A model generated the notes under the pieces. That model saw nothing but the letters and a program-made list of their open reading frames with translations. It was not told the origin of the DNA and ran no database searches. 64,000 bases of DNA from Promethearchaeati archaeon. Lineage in GTDB: Archaea > Asgardarchaeota > Heimdallarchaeia > Heimdallarchaeales > Heimdallarchaeaceae. Shown one piece after another: positions 56,040-64,000 of this stretch; within the stretch, counting starts at the first letter, position 1, and every line of letters begins with the position of its first letter. The DNA lies in NCBI GenBank assembly GCA_013166775.1, contig JABLTJ010000014.1, forward strand, positions 20,254 through 84,253, given 5' to 3'. The translations under genes were made by a program, and so were the position numbers.

Positions 56040-57389
56040 ATGTCAATGAAAAACTCAAGTTCATTCTCAAAATTAATTTTTCTTATTTTATTGTATTTTT
56101 TGTTTATTTCTACCATTAATGCTTTGTCAGTACAAGATACTTCTCAGAGCTTCAATGACAATTCTATAAGAAGTAATCTGAATGTAAAAGAAAAAGAATC
56201 TTTTGCATATTCCTATACTCCTCACGAACCAATTGATATCACATATGATGCAGGTTTTTCCTTCTATGGGTTTCCAGGTTCAGGGACAGAAGCTGACCCC
56301 TATATCATTGAAGGTTATAATATTACAACAACAACTACAGAACTCCCAAGACTTGCTATATCGATAACTGATACAACAAAACACTTTGTTATTCGTAATT
56401 GTTATGTCAATACTAATGCAACTTATTGGGGTTGGGGAGGGCGTGGAATTAGAATACTCTACACGGCTTATGGAACAGTTTCTATTCTTAACAACCATAT
56501 AACAGGTAATTCAGATGGCATATTCCTGAGCGGATGTGCAGGTAGCATAGTATCTAACAACTTCTGCTTAGGGAATTCTAACGCAATTGAGTTAACATCT
56601 TGCCCTCAATCAATAGTTAACAACAACACATGTAACTTCAATGGAGAGGGAATTGAATTTTCGGAATGTTCTGATACAGTAGTATTTGATAACACATGTG
56701 AGAATAATTATGGCCCTGGAATAGAGTTATATGGAGAAATGGAGAATTGTTTGGTTTATGACAATCACATTAAAGGAAGTACACGATTTGCAATAACCAT
56801 ACAGATACAATCATCAAAGAATTTTATTTTTAGGAATACGTTTATTGATAATAATATTGGAGGTACTTCGCAAGCTGAAGATAATGGAAAGAGAAACAAA
56901 TGGTATAATCCAGAAACGGAAGAAGGGAATTATTGGTCAGATTTAGGAGAGGAATGTAAGTATTCAATAGATGGATATTCCAATTCAAAAGATCTCTATC
57001 CTTTGAATAGAGCTGAAACATGTTCAAATCCAAAAGTTGGTTCAACCCTTGCGATTGTTTTACCGATTTTAGCAGGTGCTGCTATTCTTGCATTTATTAT
57101 CCCCAAGTATATTATTCCATATCATAGAGAGAAAAATCTCTGGAAGAGCTTTAAGAGATTCATCAATAAGTACAAAAAAGTGATTTATGGTTTACTAGTT
57201 ATTTTATTTATAGTTGGAGGTTTTGTTCTGTTTATAGGATTAATGAAATACTTGTGGACAGCGGATATAGATGCTGCTCTTATTACTGGAGCTACCATTT
57301 GCTCTTCAATAGTTGGTATTGTGATAAGTTTAGGGATCACTAAAGCATTAAAACCGAAAAAAGAGGTTGAGATAAAGCAAGATGAATAG
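56040..57389 (+). CDS. Secreted right-handed parallel beta-helix (PbH1/NosD-like) repeat protein with C-terminal TM segments
   Basis: 449 aa. Signal-like N-terminus. Consecutive repeats of about 22 aa (ILNNHITGNSDGIFLSGCAGSIV, SNNFCLGNSNAIELTSCPQSIV, NNNTCNFNGEGIEFSECSDTVV, FDNTCENNYGPGIELYG). Three C-terminal hydrophobic helices. Confidence 0.75.
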   Translation: MSMKNSSSFSKLIFLILLYFLFISTINALSVQDTSQSFNDNSIRSNLNVKEKESFAYSYTPHEPIDITYDAGFSFYGFPGSGTEADPYIIEGYNITTTTTELPRLAISITDTTKHFVIRNCYVNTNATYWGWGGRGIRILYTAYGTVSILNNHITGNSDGIFLSGCAGSIVSNNFCLGNSNAIELTSCPQSIVNNNTCNFNGEGIEFSECSDTVVFDNTCENNYGPGIELYGEMENCLVYDNHIKGSTRFAITIQIQSSKNFIFRNTFIDNNIGGTSQAEDNGKRNKWYNPETEEGNYWSDLGEECKYSIDGYSNSKDLYPLNRAETCSNPKVGSTLAIVLPILAGAAILAFIIPKYIIPYHREKNLWKSFKRFINKYKKVIYGLLVILFIVGGFVLFIGLMKYLWTADIDAALITGATICSSIVGIVISLGITKALKPKKEVEIKQDE

Positions 57390-57451
57390 AAATAAATCAT
57401 TCTTTCCATCATGTTTTTTTATTAAAAACTTCTAATCTAGATGATGAGAAT

Positions 57452-58306
57452 ATGACTGACACAAAAATCTATGTTGGTTGTACTGGTTTCAACTATGATG
57501 ATTGGATGGCTAACAAAGGAGGTTTTTATCCCCCCAACATAGAGAAATTTGAACTACTTGGTTTCTATTCTACAGTATTCCCCACTTGTGAAATCAATTC
57601 AACTTTCTATGCATTTCCACGTTCTACTAGTACTTCCAGATGGGCAAAATTACTCCCTGTTGATTTTGTTTTAACTGCTAAACTCCCTAAGATGATTTGT
57701 CAAGCTCCTGATATCTCTTTAGTAGAAGATAAGTTAACAGATTTTCTCAAAGTAATGAGTCCACTGAAGAAAAACTTAGGTCCTTTTGTTTGTCAGTTTG
57801 CTCCAAATTTTGATAAGAGAGAGGAATCCCTATCTCAACTATTGAAGTTCTTAGGTTTCTTTCCATTTGGTGATTATGACATGGTAATGGAATTTAGGCA
57901 TGATACTTGGTTTAATCAAGAAACCTATGATATACTCAACGATCATAATCTAGGAATGGTTAGCTCTTTCCTACCTTACATAAAATTCAACCTTTACGAA
58001 GATGTTAAGCGAGATTATTTTTACATGAGATTGATTGGTTCTCATAAACAAGAAATAGGAGATGGGAAGGAAGTTGTAGACAGAACAAGCCTAATGAAAG
58101 AAACAGCTGATACAATGGAAAAAGCTTTCAAAAATAATCCAAATAAGAAATCAGCTTATGTATTCATCAATAATCATTTCAGCGGATATGCCCCTCCTGC
58201 AGCCTCAAAATTTAAAGAAATGTTAGAGAAAAGAAGACTCCAAACAGTCACACCAGCAATTACATCTTTCAAAGGTCAACAGAAATTATCTGATTTCTTT
58301 GGATAA
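57452..58306 (+). CDS. DUF72 (YecE/UPF0759) family protein
   Basis: 284 aa. YVGCTGFNYDDW...FYPP...FYSTVFPTCEINSTFYAFP matches the DUF72 N-terminal signature. Confidence 0.8.
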   Translation: MTDTKIYVGCTGFNYDDWMANKGGFYPPNIEKFELLGFYSTVFPTCEINSTFYAFPRSTSTSRWAKLLPVDFVLTAKLPKMICQAPDISLVEDKLTDFLKVMSPLKKNLGPFVCQFAPNFDKREESLSQLLKFLGFFPFGDYDMVMEFRHDTWFNQETYDILNDHNLGMVSSFLPYIKFNLYEDVKRDYFYMRLIGSHKQEIGDGKEVVDRTSLMKETADTMEKAFKNNPNKKSAYVFINNHFSGYAPPAASKFKEMLEKRRLQTVTPAITSFKGQQKLSDFFG

Positions 58307-58673
58307 ACTAAGCGTGTTCGGTTCTTCCAGATTCAGAGTTAAAAAATAATACTTCAAACCTATGTAAGAACCAGATAGGAACATACTTAACAAAATTCCT
58401 GAAGAAATAAAGAAAATTCGTTTTATTGGGTAATCAGTCAATAATTGTGATTTTACTTCTCTCATATTCTTCACATCAGATATTTTCTATTTATGTGTCA
58501 AATACTGATTCTAATTTGAATTGATTTAAGAATTGTGCTTGAAAATAGTGAAAAAGTATGGATTTTAATTAGAGATCTAAGGCAGATAAAATAATGAATA
58601 TCTTTAAAAAGATTAATGATGAATTCAATCAATTTCTTATGAGTAAACTAGTGCTATGAAAGGATGAATTAAT

Positions 58674-59783
58674 TTGAAGAAAAACAAGGTCTATCTCCAT
58701 TCAATTGCTACAACTGTTCCAGAAACATACTATACACAAAAATTTGCTTTAAAATATATGAAAAAGATTGTCGCTGATACTCCTTATAAGAAAATATTCT
58801 TGAATAAAGTCTACAAAGGTACAGAAATCAGAAAACGACATACTATCATTGATGATTATGGGAAAAAGCCTAGTGAGTTCACTTTCTATCCCAAAAATAA
58901 AACTCTTAGACCAGAGCCTACAACTAAACAAAGAAATGATCTTTATGCGAAAGAAGCTTTAAGACTGGGAAAGCAAGCAGTTGAGAAGTTATTCAATGCA
59001 AATCCTGGGTTTGATAAGAATAAAATTACTCATATCTTGACGGTAACTTGTACTGGTTTTGATGCTCCAGGACTTGATTATTATATTGTAAAGGATTTTG
59101 AATTAAACCCGAAAATGAATCGATACATTCTAGGATTCATGGGTTGTCAAGCTGCTATCAATGCCTTGAAATTAGCTGAGGATCTATGTCTTTCTAATCC
59201 AGAGGCAAGAGTTTTGATAGTTAATGTTGAGTTATGCTCTGTACATTTACAGCAAATATGGGAACTAGACCAAGTTATAGCAAATGCTATTTTTGCTGAT
59301 GGTATTTCAGCAGCCTTGGTTTCTAGTGTTGAAAATGACTGTGATGGAAATAAATTTGTTCTACATGATTTTACTACAAATATTGTACAAGGAACAGAAG
59401 AAGATATGGCTTGGAATATAGGTAATACAGGATTTGGAATGAAATTAACAGTAAATGTTCCAAGAGTAGTTAAAGCAAACCTTGCTAGTATTTTAGGTGA
59501 GCTTCTTGATAAAACCAATAGAACTAAAGACGAAATAAAAATATGGGCAATTCATCCTGGTGGAAAAACAATTCTAACCAAAGCAGAGCAAGCACTGGAT
59601 TTAACTTCAGAGGATCTTGATTCTTCGTATCATATTATGAGAGAGTATGGAAATATGAGCTCAGCAACGATAATGTTTGTTCTTGAACATATCTTAAGAG
59701 ATACTACAAAAAAAGGTTTTACATTCGCCACATCTTTTGGTCCAGGTATGACTATTGAAGCTGCATTATTGGAGAAGATATAA
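58674..59783 (+). CDS. Type III polyketide synthase (chalcone/stilbene synthase superfamily)
   Basis: 369 aa with a TTG start after AGGATGA. Catalytic Cys block LGFMGCQAAINALKLAEDL, His block WAIHPGGKTIL, Asn block YGNMSSATIMFVL, C-terminal FGPGMT. Confidence 0.85.
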   Translation: MKKNKVYLHSIATTVPETYYTQKFALKYMKKIVADTPYKKIFLNKVYKGTEIRKRHTIIDDYGKKPSEFTFYPKNKTLRPEPTTKQRNDLYAKEALRLGKQAVEKLFNANPGFDKNKITHILTVTCTGFDAPGLDYYIVKDFELNPKMNRYILGFMGCQAAINALKLAEDLCLSNPEARVLIVNVELCSVHLQQIWELDQVIANAIFADGISAALVSSVENDCDGNKFVLHDFTTNIVQGTEEDMAWNIGNTGFGMKLTVNVPRVVKANLASILGELLDKTNRTKDEIKIWAIHPGGKTILTKAEQALDLTSEDLDSSYHIMREYGNMSSATIMFVLEHILRDTTKKGFTFATSFGPGMTIEAALLEKI

Positions 59784-59810
59784 TATAGAAAGAGCTGAAA
59801 ATGAATCTAA

Positions 59811-61241
59811 TTAGTATTTTATTTTTTTCCACATTTTCTTAGCTGATTTATTCCCTCCATAACCGAGTAATCTACCAATGTAAGGCCAAATAGGATTCAA
59901 GAAAGGAAGGTTCATAACTATCCAATTAGCGATTTTATGAGGCCATGTATACACATGATTATACTCACAATCTGAGATACAATTTGAGCAATCTCCACCA
60001 TTTTCTAACCAGAATAGATAGCAAGTTTCAACATCTATATACCACTTCTTCACTCCAGGATTGTTACTTACACTGTAGGTTTTGTAAGATGTTTTTTTAT
60101 CAAATGGTATAGAAGCACTTGGACACTTATCAGCACAAGTCATGCATGTTTCGCAGAATTTCTCAACGGATTTAGCAAATTTGTAATCTGGTTTATCTGC
60201 AACTAAAGGCATGTCGGTTAGTATCTTAGCAACTCTCACTCTTGGTCCATATTTCTTTGTAATCAGCAGTCCATGTCTTCCAAATCCTCCAAGTCCTGCT
60301 TCTATAGCTAAAGGTACTGATAATCCAAGAGAATTACCTGCTGGAATTGCTTCATATCCTAGGTTCTTAATAAAACTAGCTACTAGAGTTCTAACAAAAG
60401 CTTGTTTTGAATAACCTAAACCAGTCGCTATTCCACTTGGCATTTTTGGTGAAGTATTTATCGCATTGAAATCCATTTCAACTGCAATTACAACAGCGAA
60501 TTTGATATCTTTTGAAATAACATATTCTCTGTCCATTCTATCATGAGAGTAAATCCACTTTGTGTCAAAAGGTGCAATTCCTACGAGATTAGCTCCATAA
60601 AGAATTGCTATTTTCTTAAGGAATTTGGTCATCTCTTCTGGATCTTCAACCTTGTATTTTTGTGGTTTCTGTATATCATAATTTACTAGATCCATTTCTC
60701 CTTTCTGCTGCTGCTCTCTCATCTTTTTAGAATCTTCTTTATTGAGAGTCTTGATTCGATCGGTCATAAATTCCCTCATCGAAACCATGTTTTCTATTGA
60801 CCAAGCTGCATCAACAGCTGCACTTTCTAGTTCAGAGTATCCATCTAAACCTTGAGCAGCTCTTTCAGATGCTTTCTCAAAAATAGGTTTCTTGTATCCT
60901 TCAAAATCTTCATCCCACATTCTTCTTGAAAAAATCGTTAATTTTTCATTGAAAGATTCATAAACATCTGCATTTATCTCAAAAATCTCTTTCTTTTTTT
61001 CGTTAGTTTTCAAGATCTTTGGTGTGATTCGTTTTTTATCATCTATCTCTACTTCAATTGCTTCAAAAGGGCAAACATAAACACATTGTAAACAGTTAAT
61101 ACAATTCTTATGATTTATTTCTGCGATTTCTTTTTCTATTTTTATCGCTATTTTTCCTTTTTTATTTTGGGGACAAACATCTACGCATTCATGTTCGCAT
61201 TTATTTGGAGAACAGATTTTCTCTAAAATAAGAAGACTCAT
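59811..61241 (-). CDS. Reductive-dehalogenase/epoxyqueuosine-reductase (RdhA/QueG) superfamily protein with N-terminal 2x[4Fe-4S] ferredoxin fusion
   Basis: 476 aa. The N-terminus has CEHECVDVCP and CINCLQCVYVCP. The core has GLGGFGRHGLLITKKYGPRVRVAKILTDMPL. The C-terminus has CETCMTCADKCP and C-x10-CSNCISDC. No twin-arginine signal. Confidence 0.7.
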   Translation of the reverse strand: MSLLILEKICSPNKCEHECVDVCPQNKKGKIAIKIEKEIAEINHKNCINCLQCVYVCPFEAIEVEIDDKKRITPKILKTNEKKKEIFEINADVYESFNEKLTIFSRRMWDEDFEGYKKPIFEKASERAAQGLDGYSELESAAVDAAWSIENMVSMREFMTDRIKTLNKEDSKKMREQQQKGEMDLVNYDIQKPQKYKVEDPEEMTKFLKKIAILYGANLVGIAPFDTKWIYSHDRMDREYVISKDIKFAVVIAVEMDFNAINTSPKMPSGIATGLGYSKQAFVRTLVASFIKNLGYEAIPAGNSLGLSVPLAIEAGLGGFGRHGLLITKKYGPRVRVAKILTDMPLVADKPDYKFAKSVEKFCETCMTCADKCPSASIPFDKKTSYKTYSVSNNPGVKKWYIDVETCYLFWLENGGDCSNCISDCEYNHVYTWPHKIANWIVMNLPFLNPIWPYIGRLLGYGGNKSAKKMWKKIKY

Positions 61242-61300
61242 CAGTCAAGAACAAAAATTCAGCTAAATATAAGTTTTGGTCAATTTTCGGAATATTGTTA

Positions 61301-62815
61301 TCAAGAATTATTATTCTTTTTCCAGATGTAATCTGAACCTATTTTTGTTATTCTTCCCTTAATAACTAGGTGTTCTAAAACAGAAAGAACAATTCTTTTC
61401 ATGTAAAATCTCCATTCAACTGTATCTTTAGTTGTAATAATATCAGTTAGAGAGTCAATTTCTGATATTCCTTGTTTAAGAGCTTCTGTTAGTTTCTTTT
61501 TAATTTTCTTTATTCTCTGTTTGTTTGAAGAAAGAGTCTTATTTGCATCTGTAATAATATACCCATGTCCTGAAAGGATAAAATTTGCATTTAATTTCTT
61601 CATTTTCTTTAAACTTGATAGAAATTCAGAATATGATTCAGGATAAGAAGCATTAGTAGTTGTTAAGCCTTTATGCAAAGAAATTCCTGAAAATAATAAT
61701 CCTCTAGAATCCCATAATCCTATTGATCCTTCAGAACTTCCAGGGAGATCAATTGTTTCCAGATTCCAGCTCTCTTTGTTTAATTCTGGATTGGATCCTA
61801 GATGAATTTTAGTCCCTTCTTCTAGTATTGAATGAAAATCAAAACCTTCTTGTTCTAGTATCTTAGCATTCTTTACTGAAGTGAACATGGGTAAACCAAA
61901 AGTATCTTTAAAATAAAGTGCTTGATTACAATGATCCGGAAAAGGATTTGTTATTAGAATACCTTCCATTGTATCTTCGTTTTTTTCTATAAAAATATTC
62001 AAATCTTTAGTTGCTTCAAATTCATTAGATCCAGGATCAATTATGTATTTTTTCTCGTTCCCAATTACATAAATATTTGTTGTGTTATATGGAGGGAGTG
62101 CTGGTGAAGGAGTAGAAAATCTCCAAGTATATGGGAAAAGTTGAAAGCTAATCCTTGGAGATACTCCTTTCTTTTGTTCCATTTCTCTTGCAGCTTCAAA
62201 TGGTTTCTTGTATTCTTTGGTAATCTTCTTTGTAAGAATTGCAATAGAAGGACTAAATAGTTTATCTAGATTGTGATACTGTTTTTGAATCTCCTCAGCT
62301 TCAAACCATTTTGCTTTCTCTTCCATTAATAAACCTGGATAAACAGAAACACTTGAAGTTCTTTTCAATTTCATATTTCTAAATTTAGAATCAGAAGGAG
62401 TAATGAAAAGAAAGTAATTTGTGTTGAAGGTATTTTCCCCACTTTGTAATCTCTGAAATCCACAAGGAACCATTGAATGAAACCAAACATTTAGAATCTC
62501 TGGTTCAATTATACTTATTAAATCATGTTCGTTATCGTGGGTTTTCAAATCGATTATTTTCTTTATATTAAAGAGATTTCTTTCAAAAACTAACCTTAAA
62601 GCAGTTAGACGGTTTAACATATCAGGAGCCATGTCACCAAATTCACCTCTGAGTACAGAACAAAGTTCTTCATCTTTAGGAGTTACTAAACTTCCAATAG
62701 GAGACCATGAAGTGGGAAGAAAAGGCAATTCAGGACCTTTCTTAGTTAAATAGAAATGGCTTTTTCCACCTTTTATTCTGAAGAATATTACAACAACAGT
62801 TCTATAATCTGACAT
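61301..62815 (-). CDS. MBL-fold protein with degenerate metal-binding motifs and a ~280-aa N-terminal domain of unknown type (start revised)
   Basis: MBL-like YIIDPGSNEFE...GILITNPFPDHCNQ (TNPFPDH in place of THxHxDH), PGSSEGS in place of PGHTxG, and a retained SGHGYII. The track ORF start at 63019 overlaps guaB by 134 nt. ATG at 62813-62815 (MSDYRTVVVIFF) leaves a 70-nt spacer. Confidence 0.55.
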   Translation of the reverse strand: MSDYRTVVVIFFRIKGGKSHFYLTKKGPELPFLPTSWSPIGSLVTPKDEELCSVLRGEFGDMAPDMLNRLTALRLVFERNLFNIKKIIDLKTHDNEHDLISIIEPEILNVWFHSMVPCGFQRLQSGENTFNTNYFLFITPSDSKFRNMKLKRTSSVSVYPGLLMEEKAKWFEAEEIQKQYHNLDKLFSPSIAILTKKITKEYKKPFEAAREMEQKKGVSPRISFQLFPYTWRFSTPSPALPPYNTTNIYVIGNEKKYIIDPGSNEFEATKDLNIFIEKNEDTMEGILITNPFPDHCNQALYFKDTFGLPMFTSVKNAKILEQEGFDFHSILEEGTKIHLGSNPELNKESWNLETIDLPGSSEGSIGLWDSRGLLFSGISLHKGLTTTNASYPESYSEFLSSLKKMKKLNANFILSGHGYIITDANKTLSSNKQRIKKIKKKLTEALKQGISEIDSLTDIITTKDTVEWRFYMKRIVLSVLEHLVIKGRITKIGSDYIWKKNNNS

Positions 62816-62885
62816 GGGTCTGTGATAAAACAATAATGCTTCTATATAACTTCTTTCACTCAAAGTTAGTGAAACTATTATGCAA

Positions 62886-64000
62886 CTAAATAAGTTCAAC
62901 ATCATGACTAGTTGATTCTCTTCTACCAGCTGAGGTAATTCGGATAAATTCAGCTTTTTCTTGCATCTCTTTGATACTTGCAGAACCACAATAAGACATT
63001 CCAGAGCGTAATCCACCAACTAATTGGTTAAGAACCTCTGAAGTATTTCCTCTATAAGGAACCATAGCTTCAACTCCTTCAGGTACTATGGAACCAAGAT
63101 CCATTTCATCAAAAGAACCTTTCTTCTCTCTTTCTTCACGACCAAGAGTTGCGAAAGTAGAAGCCATTCCTCGTACAACTTTGAATCGCCTTCCTTGGCG
63201 GAGAATTGAGGTTCCAGGACTCTCTTCTGTACCAGCTAAAAGACCGCCAATCATGACAGTAGAGGCACCTACAGCAATTGCTTTTGCAATATCTCCAGAA
63301 TTTCTAATTCCCCCATCTGCAATTAAAGGAACTCCATGATCTTTGGAAACGGAAAGAGAGTCTTCTATAGCAGTTAATTGCGGAACACCACAACCAGTAA
63401 CGATTCTTGTAATACAAATACTTCCAGGACCTACACCTACCTTAATTCCGTCTGCACCTGCGTTAATTAGATCCTTTGTCCCTTCTATTGTTGCAACATT
63501 TCCAGCAATGAGTTCAATGTTACCAAAATTCTTTCTTATTTCCTTCATTGCATTTATTCCCAAATCACTGTGACCGTGGGCAATATCTAGAACTAGAACA
63601 TCTGCATCAACATTAATCAATTCCTCAGCCCTTCGAAGATAATCTCCACGGACTCCAATTGCTGCTCCCACAAGAAGACGACCTTTAGCATCTTTTGATG
63701 CGTTGGGAAGTATTTTGCTTTTGATAATATCTTTTGAAGTTATTAAACCTTTTAGATTTTTATTCTCATCTACGAGAGGAAGTTTTTCTATTCTATTCTT
63801 CTGAAGAATCTTCTCAGCTTCTTCGATTGTTGTTCTAGGACTTGCAGTAATCAAATCAGTTGACATAAGTTCGGAGATTTTTTTTATTCCATCCTCCTCA
63901 AACATGAGATCTCTATTCGTCAATATTCCAACTAGTTTGTTTCCATTTTCGGTGACGAGAATGCCTGAAATACCTTTTTCCTTAATGAGATTTCTAGCAT
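62886..64000 (-). CDS. guaB: IMP dehydrogenase (C-terminal about 370 codons; 5' end beyond the right window edge)
   Basis: Catalytic loop [42 protein letters not shown]. The frame stays open upstream of the track's TTG through [31 protein letters not shown] (CBS domain) to position 64000. Confidence 0.92.
   Translation of the reverse strand, partial: ARNLIKEKGISGILVTENGNKLVGILTNRDLMFEEDGIKKISELMSTDLITASPRTTIEEAEKILQKNRIEKLPLVDENKNLKGLITSKDIIKSKILPNASKDAKGRLLVGAAIGVRGDYLRRAEELINVDADVLVLDIAHGHSDLGINAMKEIRKNFGNIELIAGNVATIEGTKDLINAGADGIKVGVGPGSICITRIVTGCGVPQLTAIEDSLSVSKDHGVPLIADGGIRNSGDIAKAIAVGASTVMIGGLLAGTEESPGTSILRQGRRFKVVRGMASTFATLGREEREKKGSFDEMDLGSIVPEGVEAMVPYRGNTSEVLNQLVGGLRSGMSYCGSASIKEMQEKAEFIRITSAGRRESTSHDVELI

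Noticed and set aside
62816-63019. N-terminal 68 codons of the 572-aa ORF
   Set aside because: This part overlaps the conserved C-terminus of guaB by 134 nt on the same strand. An internal ATG at 62815 gives a normal 70-nt intergenic gap.

Overview
AT-rich (about 30% GC by eye), gene-dense chromosomal segment with about 58 protein genes on both strands and one GC-rich stable-RNA island. There are no CRISPR arrays, transposases, integrases or tRNAs that I can see. The gene content looks archaeal. Substrate-binding proteins and proteases carry C-terminal membrane anchors, an FrhB-family protein is present, TATA-like boxes and oligo-T stops flank genes, and the 5S-like RNA has a eukaryote/archaeal-type loop C. 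A Lokiarchaeia/Asgard-like, amino-acid-fermenting organism is a reasonable guess, but that is inference only. Recognisable blocks are as follows. (1) An orphan DNA methyltransferase and a lipoate ligase. (2) A run of secreted or membrane proteins of unknown function. (3) A copper module (CopA, CopZ and a second HMA protein) next to an erythrin-VIT1 iron transporter. (4) Tandem MFS paralogs with a winged-helix (wHTH) regulator. (5) A complete Opp/Dpp-type peptide ABC importer, followed directly by a TPR + wHTH protein. (6) Amino-acid catabolism genes: an MmsA-like aldehyde dehydrogenase, two class-III aminotransferases, a formamidase, a split FtcD pair and a Nudix CoA pyrophosphatase. (7) Tandem S8 subtilases. 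(8) A 1034-aa TPR / Roadblock-like / poly-acidic protein. (9) A type III polyketide synthase next to a ferredoxin-fused RdhA/QueG-like protein and an MBL-fold protein with a degenerate metal site. (10) The 3' part of guaB at the right edge. Manual reading added four things the ORF track misses or mis-splits: a 55-aa rubredoxin, a truncated steroid-5-alpha-reductase-family gene at the left edge, a single-base frameshift in a second peptide-binding protein, and the 5S-like RNA. The candidates I consider most novel are the Opp + TPR-wHTH pairing (a possible peptide-sensing module), the TPR-Roadblock-acidic giant, and the PKS/RdhA-like/MBL neighbourhood. All three are hypotheses that need searches and structure prediction I cannot run.
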